NCBI GenBank assembly: GCA_030141605.1 | Contig: JAQGDQ010000013.1 | Coordinates: 1,068,447-1,132,446 of the forward strand | Length of the DNA stretch: 64,000 nucleotides | From: Tubiluchus corallicola | Lineage: Eukaryota > Animalia > Priapulida | Direction of reading: 5' to 3' | Shown: positions 13,206 through 31,584 of the stretch, piece after piece | How the letters are laid out: each line of letters begins with the position of its first letter | How positions within the stretch are numbered: position 1 is the stretch's first letter | Translations under genes and position numbers: made by a program | Notes under the pieces: generated by a model | Told to the model about the DNA's origin: nothing | The model's database searches: none | What the model saw: only the letters and a program-made list of their open reading frames with translations

Positions 13206-14912
13206 TTGACAAGACATCACAATTGTCAAAAATAATCCAAAATTGCTTGAAATACGACATTTACTTAGGAACTAGCAAAATATTCCACGCAAAGTCATAG
13301 GAAAGCATTCAGCAGGTAAAACTGAAGCATTGTGATTAAGAAGAGCGTAAGCATCTTGCGGATGCTGGTGGGATCCATAGGGAAGCAGGTGAGATAACTA
13401 AGGTTCGAAATTTCACATTTGATAACATCTTACATTGATAAGAGAGCAGCTCATCTCATTTGCGATAAGATGAGTTTAACCGTGTGACTTTACTCAACAT
13501 CAGAGGTTACGCGAAGGTCAGAAGGTGGCAGAAAAAATTTGCAAATTTCTCTTGATGATAAGAGGGCTATTCGAGAAGAAATTAACTTTTAGATAAACTT
13601 ACGCATTTTGTCGGAATAAAATAATTAAAACCTACGGTTAACATTAGTGTAAATGCGTTGCTGAAGGATATTTGATTGTCTCGTGAAATAAATCAAAAAT
13701 AATTAATTAGGCGATTTTAATTACGCAGATGGGCCGTAAACCGATTTGCCGTGTCACGATATGAACGAGCATCTTGAGTGAACACTACAACATAATAATA
13801 GCTGTAGCAATGTTGTACAGTGTGCGCATTTTATTGATTCGCGCAGCCGTCGCTTCGCTTTCTGTCCGATACAATTTATTAATCCACCCTGAAGAGTGAC
13901 TAGAATGGATCTTCACAAACCATCATCTGCTCTAGAAGCAGTTTGCTTTTGCACAATCCCTCCAGGGGCGCCTCATTCGCGCTACAATAATGAAATGTTT
14001 CTTCTCCCGCAAAAGGTCAGTTTCGTGGTGAAGTCTGCGTGTGAAAAATTGCCAGCGCGCTTACCGTCCGTTGCTTCCTGATCGAACCATGGACCCAGGC
14101 GCCGTCATGAATTATTTATTTCAATGGCATTTTAAGTTGTTGTTTGACGTGCGTTCCTTCAACTCTTTTGAGATCATTTTCCTGGCAACCCGAGGTATTT
14201 CAAGTTCGCAGAATGAAATCCAATTTACTTGTTGCAAATGTTACATGTAAGTTGCGGCGAAATAATGAACGCATTACAGCGTAGCCCCCTACACATCGAA
14301 ACAAATAATAAACCTGCGTACTTTTGATGAATTTTAATTCGGCTCTAGATTATGAATGTGTCTGCTGTATTTTGCTGTTATGTAAGTACTGCTACTTTGA
14401 TCAAAAATAATCGAACATCGAACTCTACATATTAAAAAACGCTGACTTTTTGAACAGTACTTCGAGAATCTCTCATCTCCAGAATTGCGATAACATTTTT
14501 AAACAAAACACAGGAAATTTATCAGTACAAATGTGAAAAATCAAATTGGTTATACTGACTAGCCATTATGCTAAGATTATAGTAGCTGAAATATTGTGAG
14601 ATCTTGATCTTGAATAGGATCTCGAGTTTTTATCGTCTAAACTTCGTTGTTTGATTCTTTTTGGTTGGTAGAAGCAAATGTTAGTAAAAGTCTTAAATCA
14701 CCCAAACAGCTATTCGTCATTCTATTCTAATTATGACAGGCGTATTTTTAGGATTCTGACTACCTGACGGAATCCTGATTCATTACGGCTCCTAACAGTA
14801 TTTTTTACCTTCAATAAAGCTGCATCCATGTCGTTAACCAATATTTGTTGAATGAATGTTTTCAATGATTCTGAAAACTAATGCAATTTCCAGTTCAGAC
14901 TATTATTATAAT

Positions 14913-15051
<139 letters not shown>

Positions 15052-15159
15052 TAACTTACATCATGTTACGCTCATGTTAATTTGTCTGACTACTTCATAT
15101 TGTAACGAATGATAAAATTTAAAATTTTAATCATTTTATTTTTACCTTATTTACAGTTG

Positions 15160-15924
15160 ATGAAGTTGATCATGGAGGTTCTCATATTACTTCTGTTTGC
15201 CTTACCATCAATGGCCAATAATTTGCCAGCTATAAAAAACATAGGGGAAGGGGTCAACAATTTACGCATAACACTCACAAAGAGTGAACCAGAAGGACTT
15301 GTGTTAGAACTGATATACAGAAGTGTTCAGCCTGGAGCCGAAACGGGCGAGCGTAAGATAACACTTTCTGCTCTAGAAAAAGAAAAGGTCATCAAGGGTT
15401 TGAGACCCAGCACTTGGTACCTAATATGTCTCAAGGCGATACGAATTAGAGAAGGCTTAACTCCCGAATCGAAGAAGAGCTGCAATTACGAGAGGACATT
15501 GAAGAAAGATGGATCTTTATCAGACACACAATTGTACACTTGGGAAATACACCCAACAGACACAGAAATAACGATAAAATTCAACCCGAAAACAAATTCC
15601 CCGTTTAATGATCTGGAATTCATACCAAGTGTCATCGCACCTACTGAGTTGAGTGCGAAGGAGGCAAAGCAGCATAATTTAACAGAGATCACCCCAACAT
15701 TGTTCAGATTTTCCAACCTTCTGCCCAATAAGACGTATAACTTATGCTTAAAAAATATAGCAAGAGTTAGAGGCGTCGATTACGCTCAAATGGCTGATGA
15801 TAAGTGTGAAAAGATTGACACGCTTGCCCATTTTAGTGAACCATCTGGTGTAAGTCTTCACCAAGTCTCCCGACTGCTTTTATTCTTTTTGCCTCTGTTA
15901 ATTTATATACGAAAATTATATTAA
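15160..15924 (+). CDS. Secreted, probably GPI-anchored protein with two fibronectin type III-like domains (254 aa, one coding exon)
   Basis: Long ORF in stop-rich DNA. Polypyrimidine tract and tacag acceptor at 15156, 3 nt before the ATG. Signal peptide MKLIMEVLILLLFALPSMA; two FN3 tyrosine-corner motifs (GLRPSTWYLICL, NLLPNKTYNLCL), each followed by a C-x4-T strand; C-terminal small residues then a hydrophobic tail (SG...LLLFFLPLLIYI). AATAAA near 16279. Confidence 0.85.
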   Translation: MKLIMEVLILLLFALPSMANNLPAIKNIGEGVNNLRITLTKSEPEGLVLELIYRSVQPGAETGERKITLSALEKEKVIKGLRPSTWYLICLKAIRIREGLTPESKKSCNYERTLKKDGSLSDTQLYTWEIHPTDTEITIKFNPKTNSPFNDLEFIPSVIAPTELSAKEAKQHNLTEITPTLFRFSNLLPNKTYNLCLKNIARVRGVDYAQMADDKCEKIDTLAHFSEPSGVSLHQVSRLLLFFLPLLIYIRKLY

Positions 15925-16933
15925 TTAGTTAAAATGCGTACATGTAGTTTGTTAACAGTCTGTTCCCCATTCGTTTTGATGATCTTCCTCCTGCCTGCTT
16001 CCCTCTTGAGCGTTTTTTTTGGAAAATATATAATTATGATCGCACATTGCTACTGCCATTACATAGAAAAATGTGCGTTGTAATTCTAATCGTAATAGGT
16101 GCATGTAAATATTTCAACATTGCTGCCCCTCACTACCGATATTACATGATCATTTTGCTGCAGTGATTTCATAATTAATAACGACTATTAGTGACAGTAA
16201 AGCGATTATATTTTGATTAATTCCTAACTTAATGTACTTTGTGTTTTTATGTTTTTGTACCACACTTTCATTTACTAAAAATAAACTCCCTATCTCACTC
16301 TCTTTTCCTCTCTCTTTGTCTTTCTCTTGCTCTACTTCTTATTTCTCCATTCCGACGCAGTGCGCAGCTGCATTTTTGAGTCTCGTCTAGTAATGCATGA
16401 CATAAGATTATGATTTGTGCAACAAGATTGACAATTACGTGAGCTATCATTGGCAAAAATAAACTATTATTATAGGTTTCTTAAATTGTAGTATGTTCTT
16501 AAATCTTATACTACAGTTTAACTATATTCCCTAACCAGAACGTAAACCGCGTTAAATTCATTAAATTTCGTTTCCAAGCGTCTGCTTGCGCGCTTTGTTG
16601 TAATTTGACAGAATGCTTAGCAAGCCTAACTGTAGTCGTAAATATTTTGTTTATAACGTGTGTGTGTGCCAGCTTCGATGTACCAGCTAGAAAGCTTAAT
16701 AATTAGTCACCATTAGGCGCATTCATTCGTACGATAAGTAGCTAATTGTACGAAAAAAGTTCTTGTAATTTTTTCTATAATGAACTGTAGTGGAAATAGA
16801 AATACGAATTATTTTATAAAAAAACTTTAGATTATACAATTGATGTTTTAGTGTTATAATAACTTCATATATTCTTCATTGTAATTTTTATTTTGGCGCA
16901 ATAGATTTTATAATATATAGCTTATAATAATGA

Positions 16934-16964
<31 letters not shown>

Positions 16965-17441
16965 TATTATATAAATTGCAATTTTATTACCTTTTTATGG
17001 TAGTTCATAGTATAGGCCTGTAAATAATTTCTGGGTTACATAAACTAGAATCATCATTAGTAATGAAACTATTAAGTTAGTTAATCAAGTAAACAAATTA
17101 GTTAAACAAATTATTGTTTTTTCTGCATGAGATAGTGCATGCGTCCTATCACTCGGTTTTTGATACTTTTGTGTGACTTATGTCGCAGTGACTGATGTTG
17201 AAAATGAATATAGGCTACCTGTTTTATTATAGTTCACAGGTTACCTAACACAACTGTTCTCTTAGTTTTTCTACGAAAGAGGCTACTATAATTACTGTGA
17301 ATTAATTCATTATAGACCTTACTGCTCAGGTATCAGTTATCACAGTTGCTTTCACTTTGACATGCGATACTTCTGATCAACTAAAATATCCAGGGTGACA
17401 TACACTCAACTTTCATCTTGTAGAAAAACAATGAGTAAAGC

Positions 17442-17636
17442 TACGACTCCATGTGCGGTTAACGCATGATCCGTAATGCGTAATGCGTGATGCGTATTCA
17501 GACGATAGCCATCAAGTTCGAGTGAAAACACATCACGCGTTACAGATTACGCATTACGTACACATGGAAACACTTCCACGTGTTTAAATGTAAACTGTTG
17601 TATATATATCACGCTTTACCCGCACATGGTGTCGTA
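17442..17636. mobile_element. Short foldback MITE bounded by TA dinucleotides
   Basis: tacgactccatgtgcggttaacgcatgat matches the reverse complement of atcacgctttacccgcacatggtgtcgta; inner inverted cgtaatgcgtaat / attacgcattacg. Confidence 0.75.
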
Positions 17637-20365
17637 CATTAACAGTTTATTAGATGAAAGTTCTGCTGAAACAACAGCTAATCCATCATAGCCTCAAAAT
17701 TTAGTGTTACAGGCTCGCGGGCCTCGTACAGCCTATGATATTGAGGATGTCATCTGAGTAGCGGCTCGTGATCCAACATCTCTTGATCCAAGAATACATG
17801 ATCCAACACCTCTTGCAGATGTCTCACAAGTTTGTTTGTTGAATACATATCAATGGCACGTTTTTTACCATCTTAGTCCGTCTGTCTAAGTGTCTTTTGT
17901 CCACTCTGTCATTCAAAGTAGAGTATTTTTTCGTCGATGAATCTCGTGAATTTCCAAGTCACATTCGGTTCGATCGAAAAAGTTTTCAGTTCATTGCACC
18001 AATCATGCCCTCAGAATTGCAGGCTGTTCGAGATTTACAAGGTTTTCACGCTTAATATTGAGGGCATGATAGATTCTCTACAAACAATACTTTGGAGTAA
18101 TAAATTGCTCATTGCTATTGCTCGTTGTTTTTATACCCTCCCCACCCCCTTAAAAAGATTATGAACCATCCTCTACCGTGATCGTAGTGCGTTCAATAGT
18201 CTCTAATACAAAATGATTAGTGAATAGACTCTCCGGCTCGTTGAGAAGACATTTTCGAAAATCTAGATTCATCATTCATGTCAAAATTTTCATCGGTTTA
18301 AAAATAATCGTTGTTGTTTTTCCAGTTCCTCTTCGTTGGATTACTGACAGATTTGACAAAATATTGATTGACAATATACGTTTTCGAAAACGTACAGCGC
18401 GTTTAATGTCTTGTTTAGTTTCAAACCAAGAATGTAAACTGGTTGCTAATATTACAGTTTTGAATGGCATGATGTAAGCCTACAGGGTGGCCCGGAAGAA
18501 ACAGTGCTGCAGAAATATTGATATGCTTTCATTGGAATATGTAAAAACTTAGTTATGCGGCAGGAAGTTGATTTATGCAAATATAATTGTGACGACATTA
18601 CGATGTCATGATCAAGAAGTACATGGTAAGTCAGTATTTCGCAATCATATACCAGCATAATTCTACTGCACTCTTTCTCCCTGGACCACCTTAGTGTACT
18701 CCTGCAGTTGCCCATTCATAAATTATAATTTTAGCCGTTGCCGTGTGCGTTAATTACTGATTGAATACTGTAAGTTTTTTTAATAATCATAAACGCTTAA
18801 TAATCATAACCACCTTGTACTATTTCATCGCTTATGTGACCCCAGTAATATAAAACTTAAACTAAAATTAAATATATTGTTACTCTTCGGTATTTCGTTG
18901 TAATTGTATAATTGTCACAAGTTACGTTGTTTACCCAAACGGCAAATACAGAAAAGAATATCAAGCTACCCAAGTGTCAGTAAACCCCTACATTGATGTT
19001 ATACTGTTTGTCTTAATTTTTGTTTGCTTATAACGAATGAAGGCATGATAGTGTCGTAAAAGTATTATTGTCATACCCAGTGGTCAGTGTCTGTGAACCA
19101 ATCTACGTAATTTACTATCCTACAAATTACGGCAATATGCATTAGATGTTAATAATAATAATAATAATAATGTGTGCTTTAATGTTGTTTGTTACTATAG
19201 AAGCGCTACGTAGCTTACGCAACGTACATTTATTATTCATGAAATTATATGCGTACGATGGTGTTTATGCAAATCACGAATGCATAAAAACAAAAATGTC
19301 ATACTGTATAATGTAGGCATATATTGTGTTGATGTACACAAATGTCAAAGGCAGTAGTTGATAATATTGTGAATTAACGTTGTATATTTGCTGTATGTTT
19401 ATCGTGTTGTCAATTAATTGTCTAAGAAATTAATTAATAGCGTTTTATTAATTTTAGGCTTGTGTCCACCCCAATAGGTGTCTGTATGTTAATAGTATTA
19501 TACTTGTTGTTAATAGAGTTTTATAGTTTATACAAGTATGTGTTTACGTACCTCTTACTCACATAATGCATTTAACTAGCAGTTTGGTTTACTTTCCACT
19601 GCTATTTTGTTTATTGTACATAATACATGTCTATTAAAATTTATTAGAAACGCGTAACGCTTTCATTAATATTACTGTAAAACGTTGCAATCTTCTAATC
19701 TGAGCTGCTAGGGTGTGTGCTCATGAGTCACAGGCACAGGTATTGCTTTGCAATGGGCCAATCCTGACCAAAGTATGTATTTATGTGCCTCACTGCTTCA
19801 TTTTTAGATGGTTTTAAGTTAATTTTGTCTAAAAGCTTAAAATTAGAAAAATTTTATTAACGAACGTGCAGTGCACAGTAATACAGTGGTAATTACCAAA
19901 GGCATTTTTAATAGTCTTCAATTTTTGCTCCTAACAGTTTTTTTTTGTGCAGTTGTTAAACACAAAGGCAGTGGCCACAAATTTGTAGCAAACATTTATG
20001 TGCGCATGCGTATATCTGTGTATACATCATGTGATCACTGTAGCGTTACATTTATACACACCCAGGAAGCCAAACGTTACCTGCATCTAACATTACATGT
20101 ACCTATTAGCAACTCGTATTGCAGCTCAGAGATTCAGGAAAGCTGTCGTAGTAGTTACGTTACAGGGCTCAAAACGTGTGATCATCATCAACTCAAACAG
20201 CCTTGCATTTTGTTGAAATAAGATATTCATCGCTTTGTACATTTTTCACCGCACAAATATATCGGTAACACATCCTTAGAGAGAAGAGAAAAAACTAATG
20301 TGCCCTGAGCTCCCTCAGCTCATCCATTATTGACCGCTACGTGCCTTATATACGCATATTGGAAA

Positions 20366-20831
20366 CACGCCACAAACAATTTCTGCACAAAAGTATTGCA
20401 TTCTTGTGAGCACATCACTAACACACCACAAGCAATTTCCGTACAAAAGTATTGTATTCTTGTGAGCACATCACTAATACGCCACAAACAACTTCCGTAC
20501 AAAAGTATTGCATTCTTGTGAGCACATCACTAACACGCCACAAGCAATTTCCGTACAAAAGTATTGTATTCTTGTGAGCACATCACTAATACGCCACAAA
20601 CAACTTCCGTACAAAAGTATTGCATTCTTGTGAGCACATCACTAACACGCCACAAACAATTTCCGTACAAAAGTATTGCATTCTTGTGAGCATATCGCTA
20701 ACATGCCACAAACAATTTCCGTACAAAAGTAATGCATTCTTGTGAGCACATCGCTAACACACCACAAACAATTTCCGTACAAAAGTATTGCATTCTTGTG
20801 GGCACATCGCTAACACGCCACAAACAATTTC
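20366..20831. repeat. 56-bp minisatellite, about 8.3 copies
   Basis: Unit cacgccacaaacaatttccgtacaaaagtattgcattcttgtgagcacatcactaa repeated head to tail; the ninth unit starts at 20814 = 20366 + 8 x 56. Confidence 0.97.
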
Positions 20832-21454
20832 AGCATAAAACGCTGCATAACCATATTGGCTTGTAATGCATATCGATAAAACGCCACAAGAAATTTCAGA
20901 ATTCCCGCGAGCGTAATTCTTGAGTATGGACATCTACAAGTAGAACAAAAGCTTTTTCTTCTAGACAGGGCTTATTAGTAAAAAGTTGACGGAGTTTGTA
21001 TATGTCAACAAAAATGTATTCATACACCATGCTAATGATATACTGATTTGCTAGTGATTTCTTGCAATTCTTCTTGAATCGACTAAGGTTGCAGTTTTCA
21101 CCGGAACAAATTACTGTAAATGATTTCCAAAGTTTGATGGAAAACAGGGCCTTGGTGCTGATGAGTCTATCAACGCTAAAGTAAGGTAAACCGTGACTAA
21201 GTGCACAACACATCAATTATCAATATAATTCCGAGGTTGTATCAACAATCAACGACAAAATGGTATAATCATAATGAAAGGATGGTTGTTGAAATTAACA
21301 TTCCGAAAAACAACATGACAATAATACAGAATTGAACAATCAAATAAACACCAACAATGACAACAGCAAAAATGACGAACACAGTATGGCAACAGCAATA
21401 GCAGCAGCAGCAGAGGCAACACTACACAATTGTTCTGTTCTCTACTACTGAATC

Positions 21455-21972
21455 GATTTCGGGAATGTCTATCTAGAATCAAAACAATTTTGAGATTTCA
21501 AATCCGAATCAAATTCGAATTCATTTTTAAAAATTTACGTGTCAATAATAATAAGCAGTCTCACAACAGCGCAGAACACAAACCTTTTTAAAAACTAGAT
21601 TAAATGCAGTGGATTTAAATGTATTTTTGTTTTTGATAGGCGCTTATAAGCAGGTAATTTAGCTCTGAGCGTCTCCCCACATCATTAATTTGACAATTTG
21701 GTTTTTTAGTTATTGATTGTGTGTGTGATGTGAAAATAAATTAAAATAAAATAAAAGGAAAAGGCATTGTTTGGTTATTACTTGATTTTTTTCCGCAGGA
21801 ATTTTCAAACAATTAACAATTAACTTTGTTTAAAAACTTTGTACAATAAACTCAGCTGATTGCATGATGTTTCAAACGTTTTAGAGCTATAGATAGTATG
21901 AAGTTGATGCGCTGAATTATTCGAATTTACAAATTTAGGTTCGAACTCGAACATTTTTGTGCTCATCCTTTA
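21455..21972 (-). mobile_element. TTCGAA-rich MITE-like repeat (copy 1)
   Basis: Reverse complement (gttcgagttcgaacctaaattt...gaataattc; gattcggatttgaaatct) aligns with 37564-37953. Confidence 0.65.
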
Positions 21973-22587
21973 CCAGTAATATTAATAATAATAACTTTTA
22001 CCAGTCTATTCTACCAAAATCTTTTAAGATTGTTCTGATATGGCGATGACGAAGTCATAGCGATGCTGATGCAACTGTTTTATAGCTTTGTTTATAACAA
22101 ATACAGCTGCTCATAAAATGTCCCGATGCAAACAAAACAGCATTACTGTAGATATTAAATAGTACTGGGCGTGGCAATGCAATGGCCATCCGTTACAAAG
22201 TATTTCGCGAGCATATTTAAGATTAACCATATTGCTGTATTGCTTTAATCGGTAAACCGGTGATTTTTGCATTAATGTATTTTTATTCCTCTGGGAGTGT
22301 GTAAAACATTGAAGGTAAGTTGGTGAGCCAAAAAATTTGTTTGTTTGTTACTAACCAAACTAGTTCCGTTAATGATTTTTACGCTTCATTTGGAAATTTA
22401 GTTTAGCTTAACTTATTGAGTCCTGAAGTACTTTGCAGTTCTGGTAGTTCTCGGGGATACGCTTGGCGGCAAAGTCAAAGTTTCTACTATTTAGATTACT
22501 TTTGTTCATGCTGCGACATTCATATTCAGTTACCGAAATCTCCTAGCTGTGATTGCGCTAAGTTTCACATACCTATAGTTAATACTA

Positions 22588-23529
22588 CAGTAGGCGCAGC
22601 GTAATAGACTCACTTTGGGACCGAAGTGTTTTGACCCAATTAACCGCCTGAAACTATTAACCGATGGGTATAGCATTACTGGTATATGTATCACCAGCTT
22701 ACTATACACTGCAAACGTTTTTAATGAATTTTAGAAGCAAAGTAATGCCTAAATTCCTTTGTGCAATTAAAAATTAGAAAAAATTTTAATTATATAAGTG
22801 ATTTAGCAATAAATTAAAAATTATACTTTTCTGAATCACGCAAGTCTGTTTATTTGCAAAAATAATGGAAATACGTCCAAGGTCGGCTGATTCATTTTTT
22901 GTGACAAGTTGGGTCAGAAAGTTCTCATAATGAACGTTCTCTATAAACGTTCTAAAAAACGTTTAAAACTGTTGTTGTATATTACACAAATACGTGCTTG
23001 ACCTATTGGTGGTGACGGTATTTCCCCACATGAGGCTTCGTCTGTAAGCTCTCGCTTGCTATTGTGACATACTTACTGTACTGTACCTGCATCCCTGGCA
23101 TTACAGCAACGGCAAACTAAGTAAATTTTCCGGGAAAGACAGCCAGAGCTTCTAAGGCAAACCGCTAGGCAAGCAATTAAATATTTAGCTTCCAGAAATT
23201 CTTGGGTAACGAGGTTAATTGCAGGGCGTGGCAAAACAAACCATTAGGCTAGCATATTAGCGTATGATAAACACTCCTGCTTACGCACAAAATGGTACTT
23301 AACTTGATTGTTCTATGTATGTTATAGGAAAAAAGCGAACTAAGATGATATAAAAGTCATAAAAGCTTATTAGTCATACGAAAGTGTTTTATTGAAATAT
23401 GTGAAGCAAAAATATTGTCAATTATGTGCAGTCAATTACCGACAATTTTTATGTACTTTTAAATAGAAGCGTCTCATACCAGACGTTTTTGAGTCAATTA
23501 ACCGATTGAGTCTATTGAGCGGCGTACTG
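22588..23529. mobile_element. Non-autonomous Tc1/mariner (pogo/Tigger-like) element
   Basis: TA|cagtaggcgcagcgtaatagactca ... tgagtctattgagcggcgtactg|TA: CAGT...ACTG termini, imperfect TIRs, TA target duplication, subterminal caattaaccg motifs. Confidence 0.75.
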
Positions 23530-23840
23530 TAATTAAATTATTTTATAATGATGTTAAGAGGTGCAGCTCCACTCCACCTTTATCCAAAAATAATTGAAAA
23601 TGACGCAAAAACCCTAACGCAAAGCAATGGCAACTGATGCAAAACCCTTGACCTAAAATGGGGAAGGATGCTAACAGATGCTGTGCAATATTTGAAGTTG
23701 TAATGGCACTCCCCATAGTCAGTCTACTATTAACACCTTCACATGGTCTTGACATTTTTTAAATATAAACTGAATATGAAATAAGTAAATGTTATTATAA
23801 TGGTAATGTTACCGTTGTGATTCAGTTTTTGTTGATGCAG

Positions 23841-29198
<5,358 letters not shown>

Positions 29199-31195
29199 GG
29201 TTAACCAATGTCATCCTAGCTAAATTCGCTACACATGGTCTACTTCAAAATGCAACATTGAAACTTACTTATTAAAGGCATCGTTGACAGCATTAGCATC
29301 ACTAGCCAGTGATTTATTTTGTTATTGAACTTAAAGTACGTATTGTACTTAGCAGCATAATATCACCATAGTTAGTATAATATATCTAGAGTATGTGTAC
29401 ATGGTGATACAGTAACTGAAACTTATTCCTTACGGGAAACTGCAAAAATTTTGAAATTAGTAATAACTAAATGTAATTTTTACACCTTTAGACATTTTTT
29501 CAAGCTGCAGTTGTGCGTTAAATGATTGGAAGATATGTTCAAGCTTGTCTGAAATGAACTTACGTAGGCATAATTACCTAAAAATCAATTTGTTTATTAA
29601 AGAAGCATGTTAGAGGGCAATTGATTTTATGTGCTGCTAACTACAGTTTTTGGCTTCGATAGAAAGAATCTCCAAACTCTTAAAAATCTCGTAAGCCCCA
29701 AATAACAAGTTATTATATTATTGAAATGCTGAAAATCTAACATTCTTATTAGTAATCTGTTGGTTTTTTGCTGTGCAATGCATTTGTATTTTTTCATGAA
29801 TTTAGCATTATAAATTGAATTATGCAGTTTTGTACTAATTTATATTTTTACGTAGCGCATTTATGTCTACACAAGTTACTAGATCTGTGCATAAAGTTTG
29901 TTAATTACATAAGTTATTGCATACAGAGTACAGTGTGTACTATTATGATACTAATATGTTGTTATATACCTTGACCAACTAATTAAAAAGTGAATGATTA
30001 AATCATGATTGAATCAAAAGGTTTATGAAGTAATTTAATTGGGCACTTAGTGGATTTGGTAACATTCTAGGGACAATTTAGAGAAAATTATAGATCATGT
30101 GAAAAACCGATTAATATTTATGTGTAATCACTGTTATACTGTAGTGGACGTAAATTGTAAATTTATCTTAGAGATTATTGTGAACAGAAGCTAGAGCAGA
30201 AATCTATGTTGTAATTATAACAGAAATAAAGCAGCTTATAATACGTTATTCTGTTAGTATTAAAAGCTGTAATTGCATCAAATTATGCACCAAAATTTGC
30301 AAAATTAAGAAGTGATTTATTTAAATTAAATTTACTTCTATTTGTACCAGCTTCAGTTCATTTTGTGAAAATGCAACACACAAGACATGTTTGATCAAGA
30401 ACCAGAGTTAATTATTTATATATGTGAGCTACTTATTAAAATTAATTTATGCTCTATGAAGAAAAATCTGTTATAGAAGTAATGGAGTTATTTCCACCAC
30501 ATGTATGTATGCTCTATTAATTGGTTTTAACTTAATTAGTAACTGAATAATAACTCCGCTCACGAAAATTGTTATAGTTAGGTAAAAGTTGTGTTTAGCT
30601 AAAGGTGTATATTTATGTATTGTGACTATTGTCATCTGAATCTCCTCTTGTAATATTTCTGTCAATCTATATAGTTATCAGTTTTTTTTTTGCTGAGTAT
30701 TAAAAATACAAAGTCTGTCATATATAAAGTAAAGTGATCGTATCTGTTTTTTTAATTACTATTATCTATGTGATTGCTTGACAAGTGCATTAATCTTAAA
30801 TACGAAATGTCCAGGATCAAATTTGCAAGATTTTGGACAAGCACAAGAAAACGATCTTTGTAAATTTGTCTCGCCATTTTGTATCTCTTACTTAGGCCTA
30901 CATGCTGTTTTATTGCATAAGAGCATAACTCTATATAAAAGTTGAAAATTAAACTCCCTCACTGACTGTTATAGCTATTTTTTTGAGCTATCAGAGCTTT
31001 CATAGTAGTACAGCAGATAAGCATAAAAACTGCACTTTTTGAGAAAATTATTAAATTACTAACATAAGGGGTATGTTAATGTTTCATTTTAGATGTGGAA
31101 CAAGTAAAACACCTAATTATGCTAGAATTTAATTTGGGATCTATTAAAATGCATCTCCACCAAGGGGTGGGGTCCAAGCCACAATGCAGTGTAAG

Positions 31196-31584
31196 CAGGG
31201 GCATATTAACCAATAAGCTAACTAGGCTATAGCCTAGAGCGCTACATTTTAGAAAAAGTTCTCATTCTCCTCGGAAAATATGTATACTTTCCTATTCATG
31301 TAAAGGGCGCATTTATAACATACCACAGGCAGTTACTGAGCTCTGCTTTTATATAAGTGCCACATTACGAACAGGTGCAAGTTATTACAGAACAAGCAGT
31401 TGCACAGCCTGCTTGAATATAAGCGCTATACGAATACATGTAAATAATAATGACCACGTAGAAGCTAGGTCAATAGTGTTTCTAATACACCACAAGTAAT
31501 TGTTTAATTTGCTCAGTACATACACAACCATAAATTCAAAATAGAGGTCAGCCTAAGGCGTTGTAAAGATTTGATATGCCCCTG
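31196..31584 (+). mobile_element. hAT-like MITE, complete copy
   Basis: TIRs caggggcatat...atatgcccctg; similar flanks (cagtgtaag / ccgtgtatg); interior shared with the 1108 and 54634 copies. Confidence 0.8.

Noticed and set aside
15109-15159. Upstream ATG of the ORF-track 271-aa ORF
   Set aside because: This stretch is a polypyrimidine tract ending in an acceptor (tacag, 15156); ATG 15160 gives a normal-length signal peptide.
18276-18470. Minus-strand ORF with GTGKT, resembling a P-loop
   Set aside because: Lacks the first Gly at GxxxxGKT spacing, has no Walker B motif and no supported splice partners; probably chance.
20366-20831. CRISPR-like regular array
   Set aside because: Units are head to tail with no unique spacers, there are no cas genes, and the context is eukaryotic.
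21157-21205. CTGATGAG followed by gtc...gac, resembling a second hammerhead
   Set aside because: No GAAA box follows the putative stem II.
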